Shown: positions 46,245 through 55,555 of the stretch, in pieces
Layout of the letters: every line of letters begins with the position of its first letter
Position numbering within the stretch: position 1 is the first letter of the stretch
From: a virus
Lineage: Duplodnaviria > Caudoviricetes
IMG/VR virus record: IMGVR_UViG_3300027734_000004
Coordinates: 1 to 57,528 of that record
Reading direction: 5' to 3' (one strand)
Length of the DNA stretch: 57,528 nucleotides
Notes under the pieces: model-generated
What the model saw: only the letters and a program-made list of their open reading frames with translations
What the model was told of the DNA's origin: nothing
Database searches by the model: none
Program-made: the position numbers and the translations under genes

Positions 46245-47708
46245 ATGGTCAGTTCGTATACCCCCAACAAGAGAATCGAAAAGCCTGCAAACGGCGACTA
46301 TAACAACACATGGTCGGCTCCGGTCAATGACGACTGGGACATTATTGATAAGGCTTTTGGTGGAACGACAATCATAAATGCTGTTGGCGCATCTGGAACA
46401 GTTGTGCTTACAGCGGCACAATACCGACCGCCGATCATAACTATCAACGGGGCATTAACTGCGAACGTAAATTACCAGCTACCGGCAGGAGTTGGTGGAT
46501 TTTTTTACATCTTCAACAATACGTCTGGGGCATTTTCCGTACTCTTTTCTTCGGCGGGTGGTGGCAGCACTGTTACCCTCCCACGGGGCTACACAATCGC
46601 GGTGATTTCTGACGGCACCAATATTGGCTTAGGTACAACCAATGCCGCGCTGATTAGTTCCACCTACGCTGATCCGGCGTGGATTACATCGCTTGCTACC
46701 TCAAAGCTGACAGGGACTGTCTCTATTGCCAATGGTGGCACTGGCCAAACCACAGCGCCCTTGGCGCGCACTGCGCTTGCCGCTGCGGCTTCGGGAGCAA
46801 ACACTGATATTACATCCATCAGCCCGACTGGTAGCCTTACGTTTAACCCAACGACGGGTACACTAGTCGGTGCGCCAACTGGCGGCGCACAGGGTGCAGG
46901 TACGATCAACGCAACTGGTTTGTTTGTTAATGGTGCTGCTGTAGGAACAAGCACCGGAACTGTTAGTATAGTATCCGTCACTTCTGCTAACGGGTTTGCG
47001 GGTACAGTAGCAAACGCTAATTCAACTCCTGCCATAACGCTCACAACCACCATTACAGGCGTCTTAAAAGGTAATGGTACTGCAATATCAGCGGCTGTTG
47101 CTGGTACGGACTACCTTGTTCCGGGCGGCGCACTGGGCACGCCATCGTCGGGTACACTGACAAACTGCACATTCCCAACGCTCAACCAGAATACAACAGG
47201 TAGCGCGGCTACATTGACTACGGCCCGTACCTTAACTATTGGCTCCACTGGCAAGACGTTTAATGGATCAGCCAACGTAGCGTGGACCCTTGCAGAAATT
47301 GGTGCGGCGGCTTCGGGTGCAAATACTGACATTACTGCGCTTGACCAAGACATTACAATTACGGCTACTGGTACAATTGCAGCCAACACCATTGGCTATC
47401 GCGGGTTGCCACAGAATGCTCAGACGGCATCATACACTCTTGCGCTTTCTGATGCGGGCAAGCACATCAGCATTACCACTGGCGGCGTTGTAGTCCCAGC
47501 AAACAGCTCTATTGCGTTCCCGATTGGCTCTGCCATAAGCGTTTACAACGACAGCGCCAGCAGCCAGACTATCAGCATTACGACAGATACCATGTATCTT
47601 GCGGGTACAGCCACCACTGGCTCACGCACCCTTGCTCAACGTGGTATAGCAACAATTCTCAAAGTGGCCGCGACTACGTGGGTTATCTCTGGGGGAGGTT
47701 TATCATAA
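46245..47708 (+). CDS. Tail fibre/needle-like protein
   Basis: Thr/Gly/Ala-rich; IANGGTG, ALGTPSSG, AASGANTDIT x2. Confidence 0.7.
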   Translation: MVSSYTPNKRIEKPANGDYNNTWSAPVNDDWDIIDKAFGGTTIINAVGASGTVVLTAAQYRPPIITINGALTANVNYQLPAGVGGFFYIFNNTSGAFSVLFSSAGGGSTVTLPRGYTIAVISDGTNIGLGTTNAALISSTYADPAWITSLATSKLTGTVSIANGGTGQTTAPLARTALAAAASGANTDITSISPTGSLTFNPTTGTLVGAPTGGAQGAGTINATGLFVNGAAVGTSTGTVSIVSVTSANGFAGTVANANSTPAITLTTTITGVLKGNGTAISAAVAGTDYLVPGGALGTPSSGTLTNCTFPTLNQNTTGSAATLTTARTLTIGSTGKTFNGSANVAWTLAEIGAAASGANTDITALDQDITITATGTIAANTIGYRGLPQNAQTASYTLALSDAGKHISITTGGVVVPANSSIAFPIGSAISVYNDSASSQTISITTDTMYLAGTATTGSRTLAQRGIATILKVAATTWVISGGGLS

Positions 47709-48148
47709 TGAGCGGTATCCAGATGGCACTGTTAGGTTCTGGGAGTGACGGCTCATATATTGTCAATGTCGGCAAAAGTGAGTTAAATGGTAAGGTAAAC
47801 ATAGACGATTATGGGTTTCTGATCAGCAGTATTCAAGGCACTCCCGGCTCCATAACCCCAACAGGAGCGACTTTCAAAGGTGTGACAATCGTAGCCGTGT
47901 ACTCAAGGGGTACAACTATCGGCAATGCAAGTTCCTATTTTGTTTATTTTCAAGGTGACAGAAGAACACCTGCTGGGTTCTTTAATACACTAAAAGTGAA
48001 CGGCACGACCGTTGTTGGTACCTTAAACTCCCCAGTCTATGACGGCGGCAATAATTGGACGAGTTTCGAAATCAGCCTAACTTCATCGCCTGCGGCTACA
48101 CTATTTGGGACAACAGTCGGTGACCCAATACCAATTATAATGACTTAA
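47708..48148 (+). CDS. Fibre-associated protein (possible tip or adhesin)
   Basis: TAATG coupling; MSGIQMALLG start. Confidence 0.55.
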   Translation: MSGIQMALLGSGSDGSYIVNVGKSELNGKVNIDDYGFLISSIQGTPGSITPTGATFKGVTIVAVYSRGTTIGNASSYFVYFQGDRRTPAGFFNTLKVNGTTVVGTLNSPVYDGGNNWTSFEISLTSSPAATLFGTTVGDPIPIIMT

Positions 48149-48159
48149 AGGACGAGAAT

Positions 48160-48279
48160 ATGGCTGAAGAAACTGCTAACTTAGAGCCAACACTTGGAAC
48201 AGAGCCCGTTGTTGAAATTTATGACAGCCCCGAAGCCAACATTTATGTGGAAACCCACAACGAGATGGAGCCCCTCTGA
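48160..48279 (+). CDS. 39-aa acidic peptide
   Basis: AAGGA RBS; TGATG coupling to the next gene; read manually. Confidence 0.5.
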   Translation: MAEETANLEPTLGTEPVVEIYDSPEANIYVETHNEMEPL

Positions 48280-48758
48280 TGCGTGATCTTTGTCGCCGCT
48301 ATCCGATGTTTAATGTCGATCTAGTTTATCTTGATCCCAACGAGAAATTTGACTCCCCCGTTGCTCACAGCACATGCATCGCTGGTTTCGTATTTCAAGG
48401 GAATACGGTGTATAATTCTTTGCGAAATAAAGAAGGTGATTTTCTCACACCATGCAATGGTGGCTTATTTGAAATTTCACCTAAAAATAAACTTTACCCA
48501 ATGATCGTTACGGCGGGCGATAGCGGCGCTTCATGGCTATGTGTGTCTTACAAAGTTGAGGGCACCTATGAGGCCCAGCATGTAAATGTAGCTGGTGACT
48601 ACACCCTGCCTGCTGGCTGGGGCTTTGCCGTGGCCCAAGGCGAGGTGACCGCTGATGGTAAAACTGCTACACAGGGTTTGTATTTTGGACCAAGAGCAGT
48701 AGATATAACTGTTTCAGGCTCCGCAGACTTGATAATTTTAAGGAAGACAGATGGTTGA
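48279..48758 (+). CDS. Hypothetical protein (possibly cupin-like)
   Basis: 159-aa beta-rich ORF. Confidence 0.55.
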   Translation: MRDLCRRYPMFNVDLVYLDPNEKFDSPVAHSTCIAGFVFQGNTVYNSLRNKEGDFLTPCNGGLFEISPKNKLYPMIVTAGDSGASWLCVSYKVEGTYEAQHVNVAGDYTLPAGWGFAVAQGEVTADGKTATQGLYFGPRAVDITVSGSADLIILRKTDG

Positions 48759-48915
48759 TGATGAGATAAATTTGCGCTTGACCACGCATGAAGCCGTCTG
48801 CGCTGAACGCTGGACAGAAACCATACTGCGTATTAAGCGCCTTGAAAATGTTAGCATTACAGTTGCTGGCGCAATCATCATGCTGCTAATTGGCATTATT
48901 TTGAAGATGAACTGA
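48751..48915 (+). CDS. Small membrane protein (holin/antiholin-like)
   Basis: MVDDEINLRLTTHEAVCAERW...VAGAIIMLLIGIILKMN; one C-terminal TM helix; directly before the endolysin; read manually. Confidence 0.65.
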   Translation: MVDDEINLRLTTHEAVCAERWTETILRIKRLENVSITVAGAIIMLLIGIILKMN

Positions 48916-48916
48916 C

Positions 48917-49309
48917 ATGAGCATTATACTTGGCCCACGATCATTAACACGCCTTGAGGGCGTCCACCCTGACCTTGTGCGCATCGTCAAGACCGCCGCC
49001 TCAATATCCGACCTTGACTTTACCGTTTTGGAAGGATTGCGCACGGTTGAGCGGCAGAAGCAGCTTTTTGCGCAGAAGGCCACAAAGACCATGAACTCGC
49101 GCCACCTGACAGGCCATGCAGTCGATCTGGCACCTATGATTGGCGGCAAAATATCGTGGGACTGGCCGCTATACAATCGATTAGCTAAGGTTGTGAAAGC
49201 TGCTGCGGCAGAAGAGAAAATACCGCTCCAGTGGGGTGGTGATTGGCGTCAGTTCAAGGACGGCCCGCATTGGGAACTGCCTTGGGCCTTTTATCCAAAG
49301 GAGAAATGA
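48917..49309 (+). CDS. Endolysin, peptidase M15 (L-Ala-D-Glu peptidase type)
   Basis: EGLRT..RQ, SRHLTGHAVD, WGGDW, DGPHWEL. Confidence 0.9.
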   Translation: MSIILGPRSLTRLEGVHPDLVRIVKTAASISDLDFTVLEGLRTVERQKQLFAQKATKTMNSRHLTGHAVDLAPMIGGKISWDWPLYNRLAKVVKAAAAEEKIPLQWGGDWRQFKDGPHWELPWAFYPKEK

Positions 49310-49310
49310 A

Positions 49311-49496
49311 ATGAAGATTGTATCTTGGTTAGTTAGCCGTTTAAAAGAGCCTAGCACATATGCCGGTCTTGCTGGCGTTGCTCTGGCCCTTGGCCTGTCT
49401 GATGCAGAATGGGCAACGGTATCTACTGCACTAGCTGGCTTGGCTGGACTAGCTGCTATGTTGCTGTCTGAATCACCCGCAGATGTAGCTGAATAA
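49311..49496 (+). CDS. Holin-like two-TM protein
   Basis: RLKEPSTYAGL; two hydrophobic segments; AAGGAG RBS. Confidence 0.65.
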   Translation: MKIVSWLVSRLKEPSTYAGLAGVALALGLSDAEWATVSTALAGLAGLAAMLLSESPADVAE

Positions 49497-49708
49497 TGAA
49501 GTTCCTGACGCTCTTGCTGGGTGTTCTGAACAAGCTGTTGGGTGCTTGGGGGGAATATCGTTGGAAGCGGCAGGGGCGTCAGGAAACTATCAAGGAGCAA
49601 AACGATGCCATCAATAGGCAAATTGAGTTGGGCGAGGCTGCTGTCAGCATCCCTGATCCTGAGCGCACTGAACGGCTGCGCGACCGTTTCGACCGTTCCC
49701 GTAAATAG
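49496..49708 (+). CDS. i-spanin (Rz-like)
   Basis: N-terminal TM followed by a charged helical region; overlaps the lipoprotein gene. Confidence 0.7.
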   Translation: MKFLTLLLGVLNKLLGAWGEYRWKRQGRQETIKEQNDAINRQIELGEAAVSIPDPERTERLRDRFDRSRK

Positions 49709-49838
49709 CTATTGCGCTATTGCGAAACCTATCACCTATGACGCAAAGCAAGACACGCCTGAAACGGTAGCAGAAGTCGAGCTCCATAATAGCGTATTTA
49801 TTTGTCTTTGCGAGGATGATTGTCCGAAAGGCAAGTAA
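49605..49838 (+). CDS. o-spanin (Rz1-like lipoprotein)
   Basis: AAGGAG RBS; lipobox LNGC; overlaps the i-spanin in another frame. Confidence 0.75.
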   Translation: MPSIGKLSWARLLSASLILSALNGCATVSTVPVNSYCAIAKPITYDAKQDTPETVAEVELHNSVFICLCEDDCPKGK

Positions 49839-51020
49839 ATGGCTTTCCCATTAAAAATAGACGAAGCGTTGTTTGCATACGCTACGCCTCGCCAGCGCGA
49901 GGTGCTTGAAGCAGTCAACCTACATGGAAGCGCCAAAGCTGCGTCCATTTCATTAGGTATCAATGTCGGTGCGGCAAGCGATGCCTACATTGCAGTCAAG
50001 AAAAAAGCAGCAATGCACGGGTACGCGCCAGAGCATGATTTCACCCGGCCAGTGCCGCAGGGCTATGTCACCAAGGGCGTGTCAACATACTATAATTCTG
50101 AAGGCAAACCATCTGGTCAATGGGTAAAGGCTTCACTAACGCATGAAGCGCTCATAGAAGCCATGCGTGAGACAGTTGCGGGCTTCAAGGATCAAATAGA
50201 GCCAGCGGCTGCTATTGCTGCTCCAGCGGCTTCTGAGGAGCATCTGTGCAACCTATACACGTTTACCGATTACCATCTTGGGATGCTGGCATGGCATAAA
50301 GAAGGCGGGAGCGATTGGAACATATCCATCGCAGAAAAAACCATCATTGCTGCGCTGGTACAGATGGTCAATCAAAGCCCCAACGCACACACAGCAGTGC
50401 TCAATATCCAAGGTGACTTCCTGCACACTGACGGCAAGACGCCTGTGACGCCAGCCTCTAAACATGTGTTGGACGCAGACAGCCGTTTCCCAAAAATCCG
50501 CCGTGCCGCAATCCGCATCATCCGCTCACTGATGGCGATATGTTTGCAGCGCCATCAGGAAGTCTATCTAATTATAGCTGAAGGCAATCACGACGAGGAG
50601 AGCGCCGGATGGCTGGCCGACCTGTTCGCGGTGCATTACGAAGAAGAACCTCGCGTGACTGTCAATGACAGCGTTTTGCCATTCTATGTGTTTGAATGGG
50701 GTAGCACGATGCTGGGCGTTCACCACGGGCACAAGGTCAAGAACGAAAGCCTACCGCTTCTATTTGCCGCTCAATTCCCTGAAGCATGGGGCCGGACTAA
50801 GCATCGTGAAATTTCGTGCGGGCACCGACATCATCGTGATGAAAAAGAATATAATGGTGTGACAATTATACAACACCCTACACTTAGTGCCAGAGATGCT
50901 TATGCAGCGCGTGGCGGATGGATTGCTGATCGTGCTGCATGGGCTATAACGTACCATAAAAAGTACGGCGCTGTTGGCCGTGTAATGGTAACGACTGAAA
51001 TGTTGAATATTATAGACTGA
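49839..51020 (+). CDS. Calcineurin-like metallophosphoesterase with N-terminal HTH
   Basis: DYHLG, GDFLH, GNHD, HHGH, GHRHH. Confidence 0.8.
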   Translation: MAFPLKIDEALFAYATPRQREVLEAVNLHGSAKAASISLGINVGAASDAYIAVKKKAAMHGYAPEHDFTRPVPQGYVTKGVSTYYNSEGKPSGQWVKASLTHEALIEAMRETVAGFKDQIEPAAAIAAPAASEEHLCNLYTFTDYHLGMLAWHKEGGSDWNISIAEKTIIAALVQMVNQSPNAHTAVLNIQGDFLHTDGKTPVTPASKHVLDADSRFPKIRRAAIRIIRSLMAICLQRHQEVYLIIAEGNHDEESAGWLADLFAVHYEEEPRVTVNDSVLPFYVFEWGSTMLGVHHGHKVKNESLPLLFAAQFPEAWGRTKHREISCGHRHHRDEKEYNGVTIIQHPTLSARDAYAARGGWIADRAAWAITYHKKYGAVGRVMVTTEMLNIID

Positions 51021-51291
51021 CGGCCCGTTCCAAATACCAAATCGCTTTGCGCAAATCTTCGTTCGCGTCTTCCTTATGATTGGCGCGGCTGATGTATTTT
51101 AGGGCATTGCCTTTGCAGTATCCGGAAAACTCTTCGCCGGTTAGCTTGGCCTGAATGTAGTCAATAGCTTCAATGCCTCCCACCTTATAATGCGCCGGTT
51201 GGTTAACCATGTCTGAAACGGCAATGCATTCGTCGCAAAGCATGGTCAGAAGAGTGCCATGGCCGCATTTAAAATCTTTAAGTGATGTCAT
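51010..51291 (-). CDS. DUF3310 / T7 gp1.7-like protein (putative nucleotide kinase)
   Basis: DMVNQPAHY..GGIEAIDYI...GNALKYISR..K....EDLRKAIWYL. Confidence 0.85.
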   Translation of the reverse strand: MTSLKDFKCGHGTLLTMLCDECIAVSDMVNQPAHYKVGGIEAIDYIQAKLTGEEFSGYCKGNALKYISRANHKEDANEDLRKAIWYLERAVSL

Positions 51292-51533
51292 GACTGAAGA
51301 ACCTTAACCTTGCCAATAAACAGTGGGTTGAGGGCAATTTTACCAACACTGTAAAAGTTGCCAGATCCCCTGACGGCTTCGTTGTCCTTATAGATCTCAT
51401 CGACAATGATAAAATCAGAATCGCTCAATTCGCGGGTCAATTCTTCCAAGCTTTGTGCCCGATGCTCACCAATAATCTGGTGGACTGAATTACCACTGCG
51501 CGATGGCATGTTCATTGTGATCTGAAATCTCAT
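51288..51533 (-). CDS. Hypothetical protein (MRFQITMN...)
   Basis: GAAGG RBS; ATGA coupling. Confidence 0.7.
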   Translation of the reverse strand: MRFQITMNMPSRSGNSVHQIIGEHRAQSLEELTRELSDSDFIIVDEIYKDNEAVRGSGNFYSVGKIALNPLFIGKVKVLQS

Positions 51534-51545
51534 AATAATACCTTC

Positions 51546-51580
51546 AAAAAGATGGGCGGGATATAGCACCCCGCCCACCC
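51546..51580 (-). terminator. Rho-independent terminator after the SSB-like gene
   Basis: Minus strand GGGTGGGCGGG...CCCGCCCATC-TTTTT. Confidence 0.65.
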
Positions 51581-51589
51581 CCTTGTCCA

Positions 51590-52267
51590 TTAGCCGAAAT
51601 CGTCATCCGACGATGGTACGGCGGCAGGGGCTGAAACCTGTGTCGAGCCAGTCGAAGGAGGTAATGCAGGGGCTGCTTGCATAGGCGCAGGGGAAACGCC
51701 ACCACCATTCTTAGGGCTGAACACAAGATCAGCAGGACGGTCAACCCAGCTTACGATCTTGAAGACCGGAGCATAGTTGGTTGTCTTTACGGCTTCACCC
51801 TTGTCGTTGCGTCCTTGCGTAACGATAGGGATTACGGTTTCAAGTTCGACAACAGGAAGCTTACCTGCGTTTGCCTTAACACCGGTCAAATATTCTGTGT
51901 GGCAAGTGTCGAAAGCGCCCAGCATGGCCTTGGCCGTGGAAGCAATCTCACGCACATCTCCACCGGAATCCTTGCCCAGCTTCAGCATCATGCGGATGCC
52001 CTGCTTGAAATTACCGTTTGGCTTTTCAGGCATAGGCTGACCAATTGGCGCAACCCGGAATTCAGGTGCTGCACCGGCTGGGAAATGAATGAAACCCACT
52101 TCGATGTTTTCAAAGTCCATGACGGCTTTGAAAGATCCGGTGATGTCCACGGGATTGTTGACACCGTCCGTGCGGTCGATGCGGAAGAAGCGGCCTGCCC
52201 GTGCGTCAAACTTGACGATAGGGATGATTTCGCCGCCAGTAGATTCGTAATTAAAACCAAATGCCAT
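51590..52267 (-). CDS. Phage single-stranded DNA-binding protein-like
   Basis: Beta-rich core (NYAPVFKIVSWVDRP), Pro/Ala linker and acidic tip DDDFG; next to the exonuclease. Confidence 0.65.
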   Translation of the reverse strand: MAFGFNYESTGGEIIPIVKFDARAGRFFRIDRTDGVNNPVDITGSFKAVMDFENIEVGFIHFPAGAAPEFRVAPIGQPMPEKPNGNFKQGIRMMLKLGKDSGGDVREIASTAKAMLGAFDTCHTEYLTGVKANAGKLPVVELETVIPIVTQGRNDKGEAVKTTNYAPVFKIVSWVDRPADLVFSPKNGGGVSPAPMQAAPALPPSTGSTQVSAPAAVPSSDDDFG

Positions 52268-52333
52268 TTTACATTTTCCTTTTATGGTGCTGTCTAGCCA
52301 GCACCTTGCTTCCCCGCATTGTGCGGAAACTGG

Positions 52334-53089
52334 TTATATGCCCCAGATCTCAAACGCCTGCTGGCGCGAAACTGGGTCATTGAAATAGAAAGTGTCCGTA
52401 TCCGGAACGATAAACGATGCCAATTCCATAGGATCATCGCTGAGCGCCAAGAAGCGCTGTATGGCCATCCCTATCTTGCCAAGCGCCTCAACGTGTTCAC
52501 GGGCGTTTTCTAGGGCGTATGTGGCGTGTTTCTTGGCTGTTATATATGTTACCCGCGCAGACAGGTTGTCACCCCTTGCAGCACGATACAGGGCCACCTG
52601 ACGGGCATGCGGCTGGCTGATCTTGCTTGGCAGCGCGTGGGTGGTCTTTAGGTCGGTCAGCATGCCATGCTGCTCCCATTCAAAGTCATAATAACCGATC
52701 ATAGGCACAAGCAGGCCCTCAATGTCGAGGCTAACACTGCCTTGTGCAGATGAAGGTGTGCCGTAACCGCGCAATTCGCGCAAGCCCATCTCCACCATGT
52801 CTGGTATTGCCTTGCGTTCCTTATCGACCTTGTCGCCGCTGATAAAAGATGCCAGCGTGTTAAACTTGTCCAATGCAATTTTGGAACAGTCAGCCAATGA
52901 CGCATCAAGGTTAAAGAGCCCGTGGGCAACACCATCTTCAACAGCCGTACCGCGATAAGCGGCAGGGCCAACAGACGATGTTTTCTTTAGGCACTTGTTC
53001 ATGACGAAGGTGGCTAATGATGACGTGAACAGGTTGCATGTCGATGGTGACAGATGCTGTATATTATGCACTTCAAACGGATTGATCAT
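52334..53089 (-). CDS. PD-(D/E)xK exonuclease (recombination)
   Basis: HLSPS, RGTAVE, IGYYD...DLKT, QVALY. Confidence 0.85.
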   Translation of the reverse strand: MINPFEVHNIQHLSPSTCNLFTSSLATFVMNKCLKKTSSVGPAAYRGTAVEDGVAHGLFNLDASLADCSKIALDKFNTLASFISGDKVDKERKAIPDMVEMGLRELRGYGTPSSAQGSVSLDIEGLLVPMIGYYDFEWEQHGMLTDLKTTHALPSKISQPHARQVALYRAARGDNLSARVTYITAKKHATYALENAREHVEALGKIGMAIQRFLALSDDPMELASFIVPDTDTFYFNDPVSRQQAFEIWGI

Positions 53090-53277
53090 TAATCTTCCTC
53101 AATAGTGATACGATATGATTGGCCATTGCGGCCAACAATCCGCAGCGATGAAACCGCCGATTGCAGGTCATTTGTTACCTCCTGTGGCGCGGAAAGCAAG
53201 CCCTCAGGATCTGCAAAAGAAAACTGCTGTGCGATGCGGTAAAATATATATTCCTGCATTTTTGAATGCGTCTGCAT
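53089..53277 (-). CDS. Hypothetical protein
   Basis: GGAG RBS; TAATG coupling. Confidence 0.65.
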   Translation of the reverse strand: MQTHSKMQEYIFYRIAQQFSFADPEGLLSAPQEVTNDLQSAVSSLRIVGRNGQSYRITIEED

Positions 53278-53357
53278 AAAATCTCCATAGGTAGGTAATT
53301 AATCGATATGCAGGACAGTACGCCCGCGAAATAATTACGTCAACCCAAAAAATAATG

Positions 53358-53386
53358 TTGACATTTCGGGCAGTGCGCCCGTACCT
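53358..53386 (+). promoter_or_regulatory. Promoter with GGGC-N5-GCCC spacer palindrome
   Basis: TTGACA-TTTC-GGGC-AGTGC-GCCC-GTACCT. Confidence 0.7.
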
Positions 53387-53425
53387 AGACGGGCTAAATG
53401 CAAATTTAATCAGTGGAGATTAATT

Positions 53426-53632
53426 ATGAATAATAATCAAGTGTATGAAATAATTAAGAGATCGCAGCGGGCATTTAAGCGCGCAGATAAAATAGCAAAA
53501 GAAAAGCGAGAAATTGAAAATGAAATTAAAGCCCTGTGCCGTGAATATGGTGATGCTTGCAGGGTTTGGAATTGGCAACCGCATATGCTGCGTCAGGAAG
53601 TCAATGCCCGCATGGGTAAAAAGGCCGCTTGA
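53426..53632 (+). CDS. Hypothetical protein
   Basis: GGAG RBS; first gene after the promoter. Confidence 0.7.
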   Translation: MNNNQVYEIIKRSQRAFKRADKIAKEKREIENEIKALCREYGDACRVWNWQPHMLRQEVNARMGKKAA

Positions 53633-53658
53633 CATCAAAGGACGCCTCGCCCTAATTG
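53629..53658 (+). promoter_or_regulatory. Promoter with a one-mismatch palindrome (GGAC-N5-GCCC), upstream of the HTH gene
   Basis: TTGACA-TCAAA-GGAC-GCCTC-GCCC-TAATTG. Confidence 0.6.
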
Positions 53659-53692
53659 GGGTGCCGATACCTATCGAGCAATTGGAGTTACA

Positions 53693-53902
53693 ATGAAGCA
53701 GACCAAAGAAGAATTCGCAATGGCGCGTGGTGCGCTGAACATGACAACCCCTCAACTGGCTAAGGCTTTGCGGATGGGGATAGGTTCAGATCGCACAATC
53801 AGGCGCTATGAAAGCGGAGAGTGCCCCGTGCCGGGACCAACGTCAGTTGCGGTGGAAGCCCTGCTGACAGGGTTCAGGCCAAAGGGATTTGAAGAAGGTT
53901 AA
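53693..53902 (+). CDS. XRE/Cro-type HTH regulator
   Basis: EEFAMARGALNMTTPQLAKAL...RTIRRYESGECPVPGP. Confidence 0.8.
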   Translation: MKQTKEEFAMARGALNMTTPQLAKALRMGIGSDRTIRRYESGECPVPGPTSVAVEALLTGFRPKGFEEG

Positions 53903-53927
53903 TAATTTTATTTAAAGGAGCAAAGAA

Positions 53928-54302
53928 ATGTTAGAAGTTCAAGAAAAGAAGTTGAAGCAAGCTGTTGATATACTCGCCCTGCTGGGTACGCAATTCAAGG
54001 TCATTACGCCAGATGGCGAAGAGTATGGTGAACTTGAGGTTAAGCCACCAAAGCCCGCGCCCAAAATTACAAAACTGCCTAAATATCCCCGTGGTGAAGT
54101 ACGCAGTTTCTTTTTGCCATTTTTGGAAAACATGAATGCTGGGGCCGCGAAGGTTATTGACTGCAAGTCTTATGATGCCCGTGTGATTTCTCGCGACATC
54201 TCATCGTATTCCGTCAACCATTTTGGTCATGGGGCTATATCGTGCCATACGGATCGCGACCAAAATAAGGTCCAAATACTTGCCTTAAAAAATCTAGGAT
54301 GA
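53928..54302 (+). CDS. Hypothetical protein
   Basis: AAGGAG RBS. Confidence 0.75.
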   Translation: MLEVQEKKLKQAVDILALLGTQFKVITPDGEEYGELEVKPPKPAPKITKLPKYPRGEVRSFFLPFLENMNAGAAKVIDCKSYDARVISRDISSYSVNHFGHGAISCHTDRDQNKVQILALKNLG

Positions 54303-54541
54303 CTGTCATTTCGACCGACCACATAGAAACGGTCGAAGATTTGGTGACCGCGATGGCGAAGGCTATCAACCCTGCTGCCTTTTCAGATGGTGGTTCAAAC
54401 AGGGAGATAGCCCTTTGCCGTTTCGCAGCCAGACGGGCTTTGGCGGTAGTCGCACCGATAATGGTGCGTGAGGCTGCTGCCTTGGCCGGTGATCACAAAG
54501 AGATCGCATCAAACATTATGCGGTTAAACGAAATTTTTTAA
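54299..54541 (+). CDS. Hypothetical protein
   Basis: ATGA coupling. Confidence 0.7.
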   Translation: MTVISTDHIETVEDLVTAMAKAINPAAFSDGGSNREIALCRFAARRALAVVAPIMVREAAALAGDHKEIASNIMRLNEIF

Positions 54542-54557
54542 GGTTAAGGGAATAATT

Positions 54558-54836
54558 ATGAAAGACGTTATAGTGCCAATGGACGAACAGGGGCTTATGT
54601 TAGCCGCTGACAAGGTCCAAAAGTTTGTGTTGGAGGTTACGCAAAATCCCGGTGATGGGCTTGGCATAGCTGCCATGCTTATGACCAATTTTCTTGCGTC
54701 CGGCATAGCCTGCGGGATCTGTGATGATGATGTTGTTGATTTAGTTTTGAATTCAATCCGCCAGAACGTCAGCGATACCGTTGCCGCCATTTACGATGGC
54801 ATGGCCGCAGAGGCTTTAACCGAAACAATTCAATAA
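54558..54836 (+). CDS. Hypothetical protein
   Basis: AAGGG RBS; operon context. Confidence 0.7.
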   Translation: MKDVIVPMDEQGLMLAADKVQKFVLEVTQNPGDGLGIAAMLMTNFLASGIACGICDDDVVDLVLNSIRQNVSDTVAAIYDGMAAEALTETIQ

Positions 54837-54842
54837 AAGGAA

Positions 54843-55064
54843 ATGATTATGAAAGATAAATACGCTTACCCGTCCCTGTATAACACAGGCCCAAGGCCCG
54901 GAATGGAACTTCGCGACTGGTTTGCTGGCATGGCGTTAAATGGCATGTTGGCAGAATTTATGAGCGAACCTCACGTTGATGTAGATTACCAGCCTCATGA
55001 ATATGCATGCATGGCATATGCATATGCTGATGCAGTGATGAAAGAAAGAGATAAGGGCCTGTGA
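54843..55064 (+). CDS. Conserved small phage protein (GMELRDWFAGMAL...AYAYADA motif)
   Basis: Recurrent phage motif of unknown function. Confidence 0.75.
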   Translation: MIMKDKYAYPSLYNTGPRPGMELRDWFAGMALNGMLAEFMSEPHVDVDYQPHEYACMAYAYADAVMKERDKGL

Positions 55065-55531
55065 TTATCCTTGGCATAGATCCCGGCCTTAGTGGGGCGC
55101 TGGCGTTCTACGATACGGTCGAACAGGCTGTCGAGGTAATCGACATGCCGGTGCTGGAACTTATGCGTAATGGCAAGAAGAAACGGGAGGTCAGTGCGCA
55201 AGCGCTGGCCAACCACATCGCAGGCAGGAAGATCAGTGCAGCTTATTTGGAGCGCGTCAATGCAATGACCGGACAGGGCGTGACATCTGTTTTTAGCTTT
55301 GGTCGATCATTGGGGATTGTCGAGGGCATCCTTGCTGCATATGATATTCCAACAACGCTTGTAACGCCTCAGGCGTGGCAGAAGGCTGTCAATCAACGCG
55401 CAGGTAAAGACGGAAGCCGTGAAAGAGCAATGCAGCTTTTTCCTGCGCAGGTCGATCTGTTCCAGCGCAAGAAAGACGATGGTCGATCTGACGCTACCCT
55501 CATAGCTTATTACGGAGCGAAAACGCTTTAA
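55061..55531 (+). CDS. ruvC: RuvC-like Holliday junction resolvase
   Basis: ILGIDPG, YLERV, FSFG, VTPQAW, DGRSDA. Confidence 0.85.
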   Translation: MIILGIDPGLSGALAFYDTVEQAVEVIDMPVLELMRNGKKKREVSAQALANHIAGRKISAAYLERVNAMTGQGVTSVFSFGRSLGIVEGILAAYDIPTTLVTPQAWQKAVNQRAGKDGSRERAMQLFPAQVDLFQRKKDDGRSDATLIAYYGAKTL

Positions 55532-55555
55532 TTACACATAGATCAGGGGCTGATA

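Noticed and set aside
52334-53089. Nuclease as CRISPR-associated Cas4
   Set aside because: It lacks the C-terminal Fe-S cysteine cluster, and its position next to an SSB-like gene fits a recombination exonuclease.
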